Position numbers and translations under genes: made by a program. The notes below the pieces were generated by a model. It saw nothing but the letters and a program-made list of their open reading frames with translations, did not search any database and was not told the origin of the DNA. Shown here one piece after another: positions 1 through 11,879 of a stretch of DNA of 64,000 nt; the stretch's first letter is position 1; the number at the start of each line of letters is the position of its first letter. The DNA comes from Chiloscyllium plagiosum (Eukaryota): NCBI RefSeq assembly GCF_004010195.1, contig NC_057746.1, positions 9,486,142 through 9,550,141 of the forward strand. Reading direction: 5' to 3'.

Positions 1-262
1 TGTAGTAAACCCCTAACGAGGTGACTGCGCTCTTGCTGTTCCTAATTTCCACCCAAACCGACTTGGTAGGCAGATCTTCCTCAACAATGGAAGCTTCTGT
101 AGCTGTGATACCCTCTGTGAGTAGTGCCACACCCCCTCCTCTTTTTCCCCCCTCCCCTATTCTTTTAAATGCTCTAAACCCTGGAACATCCAGCAACCAT
201 TCCTGCCCCTGAGAAACCCATGTCTCTGTTATGGCCACAACATCATTGCACCAGGTACTGAT
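1..262 (-). mobile_element. CR1-type LINE ORF2 AP-endonuclease fragment
   Basis: Minus-strand reading gives DVVAITETWV...DVPGFRAF...RGGGVALL...SVWVEIRN...LGVYY, typical APE motifs; truncated by the window start. Confidence 0.8.
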
Positions 263-263
263 C

Positions 264-1830
264 CAACTGGCTAAATACTTCAGCCAGTTCAGGAATCAGA
301 TTTTTCGCCTCCAGAAAAAAAAAAGGAGCAGAAACCAACAGTGACACACTGACTGTAGCACCAGCCAGCACAGGGTCAGTCCCCTAAATTGAGAAGACCT
401 CTGAATCTCCTGTTTATTTATTTTTGGATTTTTTCCTGTTTATAATATTTTATTAAACAAATTACGAAACACAGTTTACAAAAAACAGTTAACATTTACA
501 GCTGGTTACAACAGCAATTTTACAAGGGAGAGGAGCAGCAAAGCCAGAGCCCAAACCCTACTGTTCAATCAGTTTACAGGGAGAGGAGGACAAACCTCAA
601 ATCCCAGTTCCACAGATAAAAGACAGCGACAATGACATTTGTACATAAAAAGCTAATCCAGTGCATACAATACAGACCCAGCAAGCCCCCATCCCTCCCA
701 CTCTAAGGCAGCCCACCCCTACGTACCTTCCAGCTCTCGATCCACCCCATGCCCCTTCCATTTCTGGTCTGCCCTGACACACCTTTCGACCACCTCTAGG
801 GCAGCCCACCCCGGTACCTGCCCAGGGTGACAGCTCTGAGGACGGCTACCCGCCTTCTGGCTCTCAGTCTGCCCCTACGTACCATTGGGCTCTTACTCAC
901 CCCGATGCGCCATCCGGCCAGTGGGCTATCCTGGCACACCTTCCAGCCCATCCCCTTCCCTGGAACGACAGCGTGCAGGGTAGCCCACAAGCCTTCCAGA
1001 TCTCAGCCCGCCCCTAAGCGCCTTCTGGCTCTCGGCTGCTCTGACACACCTTTCGACCACCTCTAGGACAGCCCACCCCGATCACCCCTTTTCAGGACGA
1101 CAGTGCTCAGAACAGCCTCCCCACCACCTGGCTCACAGCAAACGCACACAGGTGTTCAGTCTCCATGCAGTCCTGGCACATCCTTGGAGAGCCAGGCCCA
1201 CTCACAGGAACACAGTATATTTTAAAGGTGCAGTTAACTCACAGGGGTTTTTGGTTCACTCCTGAAGGCAAGATCTTCTCCAGAACTCCAGGATATAGCA
1301 ATTGCTCACCTCCCAGCGCGTGCACACACACACATAGGTGTTCAATCTTCAGAGGTCGAGGCCCAGTCCTAGGCCTCCCCACAGGAACAGCTCCTCTGGT
1401 AAAAAAATGTCTTCCACAAGGGCTCAGTCCAAACACCAAAAACAGTGAGGATACGTACAAAAAGCAAAGAAAACTAGAGTTCAAGGCATAAGTCCTATCA
1501 CAAAATTAAACATTGTCCTTTCCTCAAAAGAGTAACACACAGGCTGTAACCAACCAGTGAAACAGCAATCCCCTAATGTGAGCTGAGTTACACCTGAAAC
1601 ACATTATGTGCATCAGGAGTTTAACAATCAATCCTCACTGAAAGGAATGCCAGTTAACAAACTGGCTAAATAATTCAGCCAGTTCAGGAATCAGATTTTC
1701 CCCCTCCAGAAAAAAGGGAAGCAGAAACTAACAGTAACACACTGACTGTAACACCAGCCAGCACAGGGTCAGTCCCCTAAATTGAGAAGACCTCTGAAAC
1801 TCCTGTTTATTTATTTATTTATTCCTGTTT
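264..1830 (-). repeat. ~185 bp direct repeats (264-~450 and ~1660-1830) flanking a ~1.2 kb internally repetitive segment; probable head-to-tail non-autonomous retroelement
   Basis: actggctaaata...ccagccagcacagggtcagtcccctaaattgagaagacctctgaa occurs twice ~1.4 kb apart; T-rich tail-like sequence at 415-455; the internal repeat ctgacacacctttcgaccacctctagg occurs at ~773 and ~1041. Confidence 0.6.
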
Positions 1831-4099
1831 ATTCAGGATTCCCTGATTAGACCAGGTTAACAGCCCCAGTTAGGGAACTCACATTCTATGATGTCCATCT
1901 GGCTTTGTGAGAAACACTACAATGTTGAACTACCTTCTTGTACTACTGCAGTTCTAGTGCTGTTGGTTGTTTTTAAAGAGGACGTTCCAGGGTTTTGACT
2001 CAGCCACATTGAATGAATGATATATTTTCAGGTCAGGATGGTGAGCGGCTTGGAGGGGAAATTGCAGCTGAGGGCATTCCCTTGTATCTGCTGCCCTTGT
2101 CCTTCTAAATTATTGTGGTTGTGGGTTTGGAAAACTTTTTTGGGCAAGTAATAATTGTCATGATTTGAGTTTGTTAGAGCTAAAGGCTGCAGTGTTCCTT
2201 CTCCTCTTCCTAACTCACACAGTGTTTGTACAATTTGAAGAATTATTACTACTTGAGGGTTGTGGTATATCTGACATTTTTTTAGAATATGAAGGTGGGT
2301 TCTCATTGGATTTGTATTCATGCTTTAAGCACGAATGTTTATTTGATCTTCAGAAGATGTGGTGTGTTGCTCCAGTAACATGCAGATTTCTATTACATAT
2401 TTAGCACAGGTGCACATTCAACCTTCAAGAGCATTCACATGTTTTTAGTATTTGTTCACAGGATTTGTGTATCGCTGGCTGGTCCCAGTATTTATTGCTC
2501 ATTTGTAATTGCCCAGCATGTAGCTAAGGGTCAGCTACATTGCTGTGGGTCTTGCACCACTTGTTGGTAAGGACAGCAGATTTCCCTCCCTCAAGCGTAT
2601 TAATGAATTAGCTGGGCTTTTACAACAATTGACAGAAAATTTATTGAATTCAAATTTCATCGTCTCCCATGGTGAAATTCAAACACGTCCTCGGAGCAAT
2701 GGTCTAGGGTACTGGATAATACTATTCCAGTGACATAACTATTACACCATCTCCACCACTTTCATTGTGTGTGAAGTGGCATTTTTTTGTCGCTAACTAA
2801 AGGAACAGAAAGGCAATAAGGAATTGGATGCACAACTTACTACATTTGTGTCTAACTTGTCTCCAAAGGTCATAGAATTATAACAGTGCAGAAAAAGGCA
2901 ATTTAGTCCATCGTATCTGCATTAACTCCCTTGAATGAACATCGAGGTTTGATTGCCAGGCTCCCATTTATTTTCTATCATTTTCATTTAAATCACTAAT
3001 GCTTTGTTGAATGTCTCAGTTGCCTCACACTTCCAGGCAGTGCATTTGAGACCCAAAGCACTTTTCCTTCTCATCATGTATTGATCAAGTTTGCAAGTCA
3101 CTCTGACCTGCACCCTCGTCTTGAGCCTTTTATGAGCAGGAACAGATAATCCTCGTCTACTCTTTTCAGACCTTTCATGACCTCAGTCAGATCTGCTTTT
3201 GGACAACTTCCTGTGGAAAAGCAGAACTGACTTTTCGGGATTTTCCTAGGTCTGTGGGTGACCCCCAGTGAACATGACAAGTGCAGTTTCCAGAGCAAAG
3301 TTTTTCTCCAGTTCAGTGTGTGCCTATCTGAATGCATACACAGCTAAATGATTCACAAAAATTCTCATCAGAACAACCTGGAATGTTTGCTTAACTCCCA
3401 AAGTCACCACACTGATTATTTCTCTGAATGCAAGCAACTGATATTGAAGCAAAGATTAAAGATGAAGTTTGTGTTAAACTGGAGACCCAGAATTTGATTG
3501 TGTTCAGTGTTATGGTGATGATTTGTGAGCTTCCATACACACTTACTGACTGACCATGTCCAAGTTCCTGGACTAGTAGTGAAGAGTGGCTCCCACTGAC
3601 GTGTCAAAGGACGGCTTCCTTTCAACTTTGTGATCTTGCCATTTACTTGCAACCTGATTTTGCTACATACACGCTGTCATATGTGGCACATTTGTTATTG
3701 ACATGTTATCATAATGAGCAGCAACATGAGACTTATGACTTCTGATAAGTGTGACAAGCTTTCTGGCTTGATGTGTGTGCTAAAAGGCAAGTTGCAACAA
3801 AGGTACTGAGCATATATTGTGCTGTTGATGAAGAAGAATGCCATAGGCAAGGCACTGTGGTGATGGTGTGAACATTCAGGGAGCTGCTAAGTGAGTGAGC
3901 TTAAAGGGAGTATGCAAGCAGCCCTGAGATGCAGCCTGGTCTAATGCAGAACTGGGTGTTAGTCCAAATGTCCATGGTATCCCTGCAGCTGCAGTTGTAG
4001 GTGTGACCCAATGTACAGCATGGGAGTGCACAAGCCTCTGTCAGTGGATCAGAGTCAGAGGTGTGCTATGGCAGTGCACAGAGTCTGAAACGTATCAGT

Positions 4100-4512
4100 G
4101 TTTATGCTTAGAAAATCATGCGGGGTATAGATAGGATTAATGGTGCCTCTCTTTTCACTAGGTTGGTGGGGATTTCAAGATTCAAGATTTCACGGGGTAC
4201 ATTTTTAAGGTGAGAAGAGAGAGATTAACAAAAGACATGAGGTTTTGCAAAAAAGGTGGTTCATGTGTGGAATGAACTTCCAGAGGAAGTGGTGAATACA
4301 GGCAAAGTTACGATGTTTAAAATATATTTAGACAAGAACATGAATAGGAAAGACTTGGAGGGATACGGGTCAGGAGCATCGACGACTTCTATCCAGAAGG
4401 GTTAAAGGCCAGGAGCAGGTAGGTGGGGCTAGTTTAGTTTGTGATTATATTTGGCAAGGACTGATTGGACTGAAGAGTCTGTTTCCATGCTGTATGACTC
4501 TATGACTCTATA
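4100..4512 (+). mobile_element. CR1/HER1-like LINE 3' end
   Basis: Characteristic 3' sequence (gtgtggaatgaacttccagaggaagtggtg...) ending in a ctgtatgactctatgactcta tandem tail. Confidence 0.7.
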
Positions 4513-5047
4513 ACTCTCCCTGGATAGGATCTTCAAAACTCAAGCCTTGACTCTCCAGTCTGGAAGGCTGAAGGCAGCAGATACATGAAAGCGTCATTGC
4601 CTGCGTGTTACTGTCCACCCCACACACCATTCAACCTATGTCACCATTCCTTCATTGTCACCAAATCAAATTCCTGGAGCTCCATTCAACACCACACATT
4701 ATCATAAAGTATGATTGTTGGAACAAATTTCTTGAACATAGACACATTCTTCTCAACAAATATGTTTTCTCAGGCTTTTTCTGTTTGTGTTTATTGAAGG
4801 ACTTTAACTTTCTGTGTAATGTGTCATAACTTGCTTATCATTTCAAACCTTTCAGTAAGCTGTAATCAATTCTGAAGAAGGGACCCTGGACTTGAATCAT
4901 TAACTCTGTTTTCTCTCTCCAGCTGCAGCAGTTTCTCCTTTAGTTTCAGATCTCCATCATCCACGGTTCTTTATTTTGTTGTAGTTTTATGATAATTCTA
5001 GTGTTTGATTGGTTAATTTTAAGGTTTTTCTTTTTGCTTTCTTCCAG

Positions 5048-5308
5048 AGTCTCACTCTCTGCTCTATCAGTACAATCTCAATCATGGGGACAAAGACCTA
5101 CCGGAGTACAGTGTCCTGGGAATTTTGGATGACTGCGAGATATTCTATTTTGACAGCAATATGAAAATAACCATTCCAAGGCAACAATGGTTGGTGGACG
5201 CATTTGACAAGGCTTACTGGGATGAGTGCACTATCACTGAAGTTGGGTTCCATGGACTAATCAAGGGACAGGCTGATGGATGGCTCCAGAAAGAAAATCA
5301 AACATCAC
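5048..5308 (+). CDS. Non-classical MHC class I heavy chain, alpha1 exon
   Basis: Acceptor ttccag|AG, donor C|gtgagt; 261 nt, phase 1/1. Encodes (E)SHSLLYQY...PEYSVLGILDDCEIFYFDSN...PRQQWL...YWDE...KENQTS, with the class I HSLxY start, FDS, PRxxW, YW and the N86 sequon NQT. Confidence 0.93.
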
Positions 5309-5696
5309 GTGAGTTTATCCATTTGAAGTCATTGCAGTGAGGTTCAGACATGATATTCATGTTAGATTATAGTGTGCACCAGGAGTGTTGAACTATTCTG
5401 CTGTCTGTTTGACCTTTCCTTCCCTTTCCCTTTCTGCATCCAGCTTGGTTTTCCTTGACCTTTCCCTTTTTAAAAAAAAAATTACTTCTGCCATGTGTGC
5501 ATCGCTGGCTGGGCAGGTAACTGTTGTGCTGTACCTGATAATGCTTGTACACTTGTTTCATGTACTTCACTCAGTACTTAACTAATGATGAGAATAACTG
5601 GGTGTGAAGTAACAAAGGGAAAACTGAAATTCTCGGATTTGATTTGATCAGAGACAATAAATGTTGAAGGACTCATGCACTGAATTAATGTTTTAG

Positions 5697-5972
5697 GTAC
5701 CCATTACCTACAAGGACTATTTGGCTGTGAACTACATGAGGCCACTCCGAGTGAAGGGATTTTGAAGTTTGCTCTTGATGGCAAATACATCCTCAGCTTT
5801 GACAAAGATGCATTAGTTTGGATTGTACATGATCCAGTTGCAGAGGAATTCAAAACAAAATGGGATAAGGAAACAAAGCTGAACCATTACTTCAAGAATC
5901 TGCTGGAAAATGATTGTATAGATCAATGGAAGGCAATCTATTTCTTTGGAAATGCCTCTTTAAGCAGAAAAA
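5697..5972 (+). CDS. Non-classical MHC class I heavy chain, alpha2 exon
   Basis: ttttag|GT ... A|gtaagt; 276 nt, phase 1/1. RTHYLQGLFGCEL...FALDGKYILSFD...W...KTKWD...LENDCIDQW...SRK, retaining the C101/C164-equivalent pair. Confidence 0.95.
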
Positions 5973-6146
5973 GTAAGTTCCAAAAAAAAAACTATTTTAA
6001 ATTTTCCGCTTAGTTAGTGTGGAATACATTGACTTACATGTGACACCTCTCACCGTGTACGTTTTAACCAGTGGCTGTTTCAAATCCATTAACTTAATGA
6101 TGTAACTTGCGATTTGTGTTGATGTTGATGTCTTTGTGTCATACAG

Positions 6147-6413
6147 TTTCTCCTGAGGTCTCACTTATTGCCAAGGATGGCCATCACTGGTTCCTGCACT
6201 GCATTGTGATTGGATTTTACCCACAGTCCATCAATGTGACCTGGTTGAAGAATGGAAAACATGCCGATGAGACGACCTCTACTGGGTTATTGCCCAATGA
6301 AGATGGGACTTTCCAACTGAAGACAACCCTCCAATTTGACCCGTATGATGGCAACCAATATGCTTGTCATATTGAGCACAGCAGCATCCCGGGTGGAAAG
6401 ACTGTCCTGTGGG
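6147..6413 (+). CDS. Non-classical MHC class I heavy chain, alpha3 (Ig C1) exon
   Basis: atacag|TT ... G|gtaagt; 267 nt. LHCIVIGFYPQSINVTWLKNG...LPNEDGTFQ...YACHIEHSS are the C1-set motifs. Confidence 0.96.
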
Positions 6414-6532
6414 GTAAGTAGTATCATTAGATCCTCCTATAACTAATGATCGATGTGTTCTCCACAGGCCCTGAAGCAATTGAATCTCTGAAAGCCTATC
6501 AGAGCACAGTCTACTCCACTACTCCTCCAAAT

Positions 6533-6660
6533 CTGATGAAGGAGCGTTGCTCCAAAAGCTAGTGTGCTTCCAATTAAACCTGTTGGACTATAACCTGTTG
6601 TGTGATTTTTAACTTTATACACCCCAGTCCAACACTGACATATCCAAATCCAAATCTTCA
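6533..6660 (+). mobile_element. Penelope-like terminal repeat with degenerate minimal hammerhead motif
   Basis: CTGATGA-A-GGAGC-GTT-GCTCC-AAAA-GCT followed by aattaaacctgttggactataacc..., the same repeat that bounds the GIY-YIG element at 41.9-43.1 kb. Confidence 0.65.
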
Positions 6661-7356
6661 ATATTGTATATTTCAGCCAGGTTACGTAGCTGAAAGTAGT
6701 TTCAAAAACAGAAGAAAAATCCTGACTAGCTCCTGCATCTCTCCATAACCGCCATTTTTTTGTAAATCAATTTTTGTTGGAGGAATAACGATACCATACT
6801 ATCAGAATGGTGAGAGATTGCCGCTGTTTGAAATGCAAAGGGATCCAGGTATCCCACTGCATGAATCACCAAATGATTTGCATGCAGGTACAGCAAGTTA
6901 TTGGGAAAGTAACAGAATGTTATCATTTATCGTAAAGGCAAAATTAAGGAGGTTGGGCTTCAGTTACTACAGTTCAGACCCTGGCCAAGGAACAGGCCCA
7001 CAAACAATTAAGTAAATTGGTGTGTGCCTTCCAAACTTCTATAGCAGTTCCTACAGATAGGCGAGTGACAAGGGTAACCCTGTTATTTGAAAAGGAAGGG
7101 AAGAAACAACAGGGAATTACAGATCAGTTAGCCAACCATCAGGAGATGTGATAAATGACATTTGGAAAGGATTAACAGGATTGGACAATGACAGCATGGG
7201 TTTCTGAAAGGCAAATCAGGCTTAACAAGTCTGCTGAGGTATTTTGAGGATGTAACTAATAGAATAGATTGGGGTGCACTTTGATTTTGAAAAAGTTTTT
7301 GATGAGGCGTTGCCAGGTGTAGTGAGAGGACGGGGATGGGGGCAGGATAATGTCAG

Positions 7357-9020
7357 GTCATAGAGATGTACAACATGCAAACAGACCCTTTGGTCCAAAT
7401 CATCCATGCAGACCAGTTATCCTAAATTAATCTACTCCCATTTGCCAGCATTTGGCTCATATCCCTCAAAACTCTTCCTATTCATGTGCTCACACAGATG
7501 CCTTTTAAATGTTGTAATTGTACCAGCCTCTGCCATCTCCTCTGTAACTCATTCCATATACACAGTCCTTTGTGTGATAAAGTTGCCCTTTGTTCTGTTT
7601 GGTATCTTTTCCCCTCTCACCGTAAATCCGTGTCCTCTAGTTTTGGAACTCTGCTACCCTGAGGAAAAGTCCTTGACTATTCACCCAATCCATGCCCCTC
7701 ATGAATTTATAAACCTCTATAAGGTCAGGTTCTGGTACGCCAGTGAAAATATGCCCAGCCTATTCAGCCTCTGCACAGCCAAAACACTTCAATCCCAGCA
7801 ACATCCTCGAAAATGTTTTCTGCACACGTTCAAGTTTAACAGCATCTTTTTTATAGTACAGAGACCAGAACTGAATGTAATATTCCAAGACTGGCCCTGT
7901 ACAGCTGCAACATGACATCCCAACTCCTATGCTCCATATACTGGTCAATAAAAGCAAGTGTACCAAATGCCGCCTTCTACCCGTGCTTTCAACTTCAAAA
8001 AACTGTAAATCGGCTGCCTTATTGAAATGCAATATCCTCTACAGTTTATCTCAACTAAACTCCATCTGCCACTTCTCAGTCTATTGTCCATCTGATCAAG
8101 TCCTACTGTACCCTGAGGTTATCTTCTTCACTGCTCACCATGCCACCAATTTCGGTGACATCTGCAAACTCACTAACCATTCTGCTATGTTCACGTCTAA
8201 GTCATTTGTATAAATGTCAAAAAGCAGTGGATCCAGCACCAATCCTTCTGATACACCTCAGATCAAATGACTCCAGCCTGAAAAAAAGCCCTCTACCACC
8301 ACCTTGTGTCTTCTACCTTCAAGCCAACTTTGTAACCAAATAGCTCGCTCTCCCTGGATTCCATGCAATCTAACCTTGCTAACCAGTCGATTATGTGGAA
8401 CTTGTTGAACCCCTTGCTGAAGTCCAGAAAGACAAAGTCCACCGTTTTGCCTTCATCAGTTTTTTTTTGCCACTTCCTCAAAAAACTCAGTCAAGTTAGT
8501 GAGAGATGATTTCCCACTCACAAAACCATATTGACTATTCCTACTCTGTGCTGAAAATGTGTTGCTGGAAAAGCGCAGCAGGTCAGGCAGCATCCAAGGA
8601 ACAGGAGAATCGACGTTTCGGGCATAAGCCCTTATTCCTACTCTGTCCTTAACTTCCCAAATACAAAAAAACCCAACTCCTGCAACAACTTTCCCACCAC
8701 TGATATCAGGCTTGTCAGTTGATAGCTCCCTGGCTTTTCCTTACCACCCTTCTTAAATAACAGCATCACATTATCCACCTTACAACCTTTCAGCACCTCG
8801 CCCATGGCTATTGACGATAGAAATATCTCAGCAGGGGACCGTGCATTCATTTCCATAGCTTCCCACAAAGATTTGGGATACACCCGATCATGTCCTGGGT
8901 CTTTATCCACCATTATGTATTTTAAGGTGTCCAGTACCACCTGCTCTGTAATAAGGACCCATTTCAACATATGACCATTTATTTCTCTAAGTTGTTTAGC
9001 TTCCATATCCTGCACACTGC
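7357..9020 (-). mobile_element. Decayed CR1/HER1-like LINE (RT and 3' end)
   Basis: Minus ORF fragments KKGGKEKPGSYQLTSLISVVGKLL, VDFVFLDFSKGF and LEYYIQFWS...LERVQKTFSRM. Confidence 0.85.
8550..8632 (-). mobile_element. 83 bp Penelope-like repeat fragment inserted in the CR1 with a 14 bp TSD
   Basis: TSD tattcctactctgt at 8536-8549 and 8633-8646; the insert reads aagggcttatgcccgaaacgtcg... on the minus strand. Confidence 0.75.
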
Positions 9021-9039
9021 TGCTACTGAGCATCGGTGG

Positions 9040-11560
9040 TGGAGAAAGTGGATGCTTTGAGGATATAGTGCCATTCAAGTGGGTTGCTTTGTGCCGGTGG
9101 TGTCAAGCTTCTTGAGTGTTGTTGGAGCTGTGCTTATTCAGTCAAATGAGGAATATTCCATCACATTCCTGACTTGTGCCTTGTAGATGGTGGATAGGAT
9201 TTTGGGAGTCAGGAGGTGAGTAACCCGCTGCAGTATTCCTGGCCCCTTACCTGCTCTTGTAGACACTGCATTTATGTGGTGAGTCCAGTTGAGTTTCTGA
9301 TCAATGATAACTCCGAAGATGTTGAAGATAGGGGATTCAGTGATGGCAATGCTATTGAATATCAAGGGCAGTGCCTAAATTGTCTCTTGTGGTTATGGTC
9401 ACAGAGTGTCCTTTATGTGGCATGAATGTTACTTGCTACTTATTAGTCCAAGCCTGGATATTGTCCAGGTTTTGTTGCATTTGAACAAGGACTGTTTCAG
9501 TGTCTGAGAGTTGTGAATGGTGCTGAACATTTTGCAATCATCAGTGGAACATCCCCCACTTCTGAATTTACAAAGAAGGCAAGATTATTGATGAAGCAGC
9601 TGAAGATGTTTGGGCCTAGGACACTACCCTGAGGAACTCCTGCAGAGATGTCCTGGAGCTAAACTGACTGACCTCCAACCACCACGGTCACCTTCCTATG
9701 TGTCAGGTATGACTCTATCCACTGGACAGCTTTCCCCCAATACCCATTGATTCTAGTTTTGCTCGGGCTCCATGATGCCACACTCATTCAAACGTAGCGT
9801 TGATGTCAAGGGCTGTCACTCTCACCTCACCTCTGGAATTCAGCTCTTTTGTCCATGTTTGAAACCAGACTGAAATGAGATCAGGAGCTGAGTGGCCCTG
9901 GTAGAACCCAAACTGGGCATCACTGAGAAAGTTATTGCTGAGCAAGTGCTGCTTGAGAGCACTGTTGAAAACACTTTCCATCACTATACTGATGATCGGG
10001 ATTTGGCTGATGGGACAGTAATTGGCTGGGTTGGATTTGTCCTGCATTTTATGTGCAGGACATACTGGGCAGTTTTCTAAATTGTCAGGAAGATGCCAGT
10101 GTTGTAACTGTACTGGAACAGTTTGGCTTAGGGATCAGTAAGTTCTGGAGTACAAGGCTTCAGTACTGCTGCTCAAATGTTTTCAGGGCCCATAGCCTTT
10201 GCAGTATCAGGTGCCTCCAGCCATTTCTTGATGACAAATGGAGTGAATCAAATTGACTGAAGACTGATAACTGTAATGCTGGGGACCACTGGAGGAGGCT
10301 GAGATGGATCATCCACTCTGCACTTTTAACTGAAAATTTCTGCGAATGTTTGAGCCTTATCTTTCACACTGACATGTTGGGCTCTTCCATCATTGAGGAT
10401 TGGGATATTTGTGGAGCCTCCTCCTCCAGTGAGTTATTCAATCATCCACCATCAATCACGAATGGATGTGGCAGGACTGCAGAGCTTATGTATGAACCGT
10501 TGTTTGTAGAATCGCTTTGCTCTATCTATCAGTTGCTCCTTTTCTTTGAGTGCAAGTAGTCCTATTTGGTGGCTTTGCCAGGTTGACACCTCATCTTCAG
10601 GTATGCCTGGTGCTGCTCCTGGCATGCCCTCCTGTTCTCTCCATTGAACCAAGGTTGAGTGGGCTATATACCGGGCCATGAAGTTACAGCCTGTGATGGT
10701 GTACAGTTCTGCTGCTGTTGGTTGCTCATGTGCCTCTTGGATGTGCAGCCTTGAGTGGCTAGATCTGTTCGAAGTCTGTCCCATTGAGCACAGTGATAGT
10801 GACACACAGCGATGAAGGTTATTCTCAAGTGAAGGTGGGACTTTGTCTCCACAAGAGCTGTGCAGTGGTCACTCTTACTAGTACTGTCGTGGACAGATGC
10901 ATCTGCAGCTGGCAGGTTGGTAAAGATGAGGTCAAGTCTGTTTTCTCGTCTTGCTGGTTCCTTCTCCACCTGCCACATGCCCAGTCTAGCAGTTATGTCC
11001 TTTAGGACCCGACCAGCTTGATCAATAGTGCTGCTCCTGCTGACGCACTCTTGGTCATTGAAATTGCCCACCCAGAGTATATTATGTGCCCTTACCATCC
11101 TCAGTGCTTCCTTGAAGTGTTGTTCAACATGGAGGAGTTCGGATTCATCAGGTGAGGCAGGGCGGTACATTGTAATCAGCAGGAGATTTCATTGTCTATG
11201 TTTAACCTGAAGCCATGAGATTGCATGGAATCCAGAGTCAATGTTGAGGACGCCCAGGGAAACTCCTTCCTGACTGTATACCACTGTGCCACCACCTCTG
11301 CTAGCTCTGTCCTGCTGGAGAGACAGGACATATCCAGGGACAGCAATGGTGGCATCTGGGGTGTTGTCTGTAAGGCATAATTTCATGAGTATGACTATGT
11401 CAGTCTGTTGCTTGACTAGTCCGTTGGGCAGCCCTCCCAATTTTAGCACTAAACTTCAGATGTTAGTGAGGAGGCGTTTACAAGGTCGACTGGACTGTTT
11501 CTGCCGTTGACTTTTCTGGTGCCTGATGATCCATCCAGTTTAATTTCTTTGTACAATTGA
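9040..11560 (-). mobile_element. Decayed L2/CR1-clade LINE, APE + RT
   Basis: Minus ORF fragments VPGYVLSLQQDRASRGGGTVVY, YRP...WVGNFN...LDLIFTN...SDHC, NPANYCPIS...QFGFYQGHSAPD...ALDI and GVIIDQKLNWTHHI. Confidence 0.88.
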
Positions 11561-11879
11561 ACAGCTTGCTTGGCCATTTTTGAGAGCACTGGAGAGTGAG
11601 ACTGGAGTCATATGGAGACCAGAGCAGGAGAAAATGGCAGATTTCCTTCCCTGAATGACATTAGTGAACCTGATGAGTTTTTCCAACATTCGGCAATGGT
11701 TTCATCGTCATCAGTAGATACTTAATTCTATTTTTAAAATTGAATTCAAATTTCCCAGTCTGAGGTGGCAGGACTCGAATCTGGGAGTCTGAGTTAATAG
11801 TCTCACGATCATACCATTGCCTTCCCAAAATTGCCATCTCTAAATGTGAAGTTTTTCACTTCAGTGTGAATAACAGAAA

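Noticed and set aside
2165-2404. Signal-peptide-like ORF (AAVFLLLFLTHTV) as the MHC leader exon
   Set aside because: Starts at TTG, the nearby ATG is out of frame and hits a stop immediately, there is no convincing phase-1 donor, and it abuts a decayed repeat
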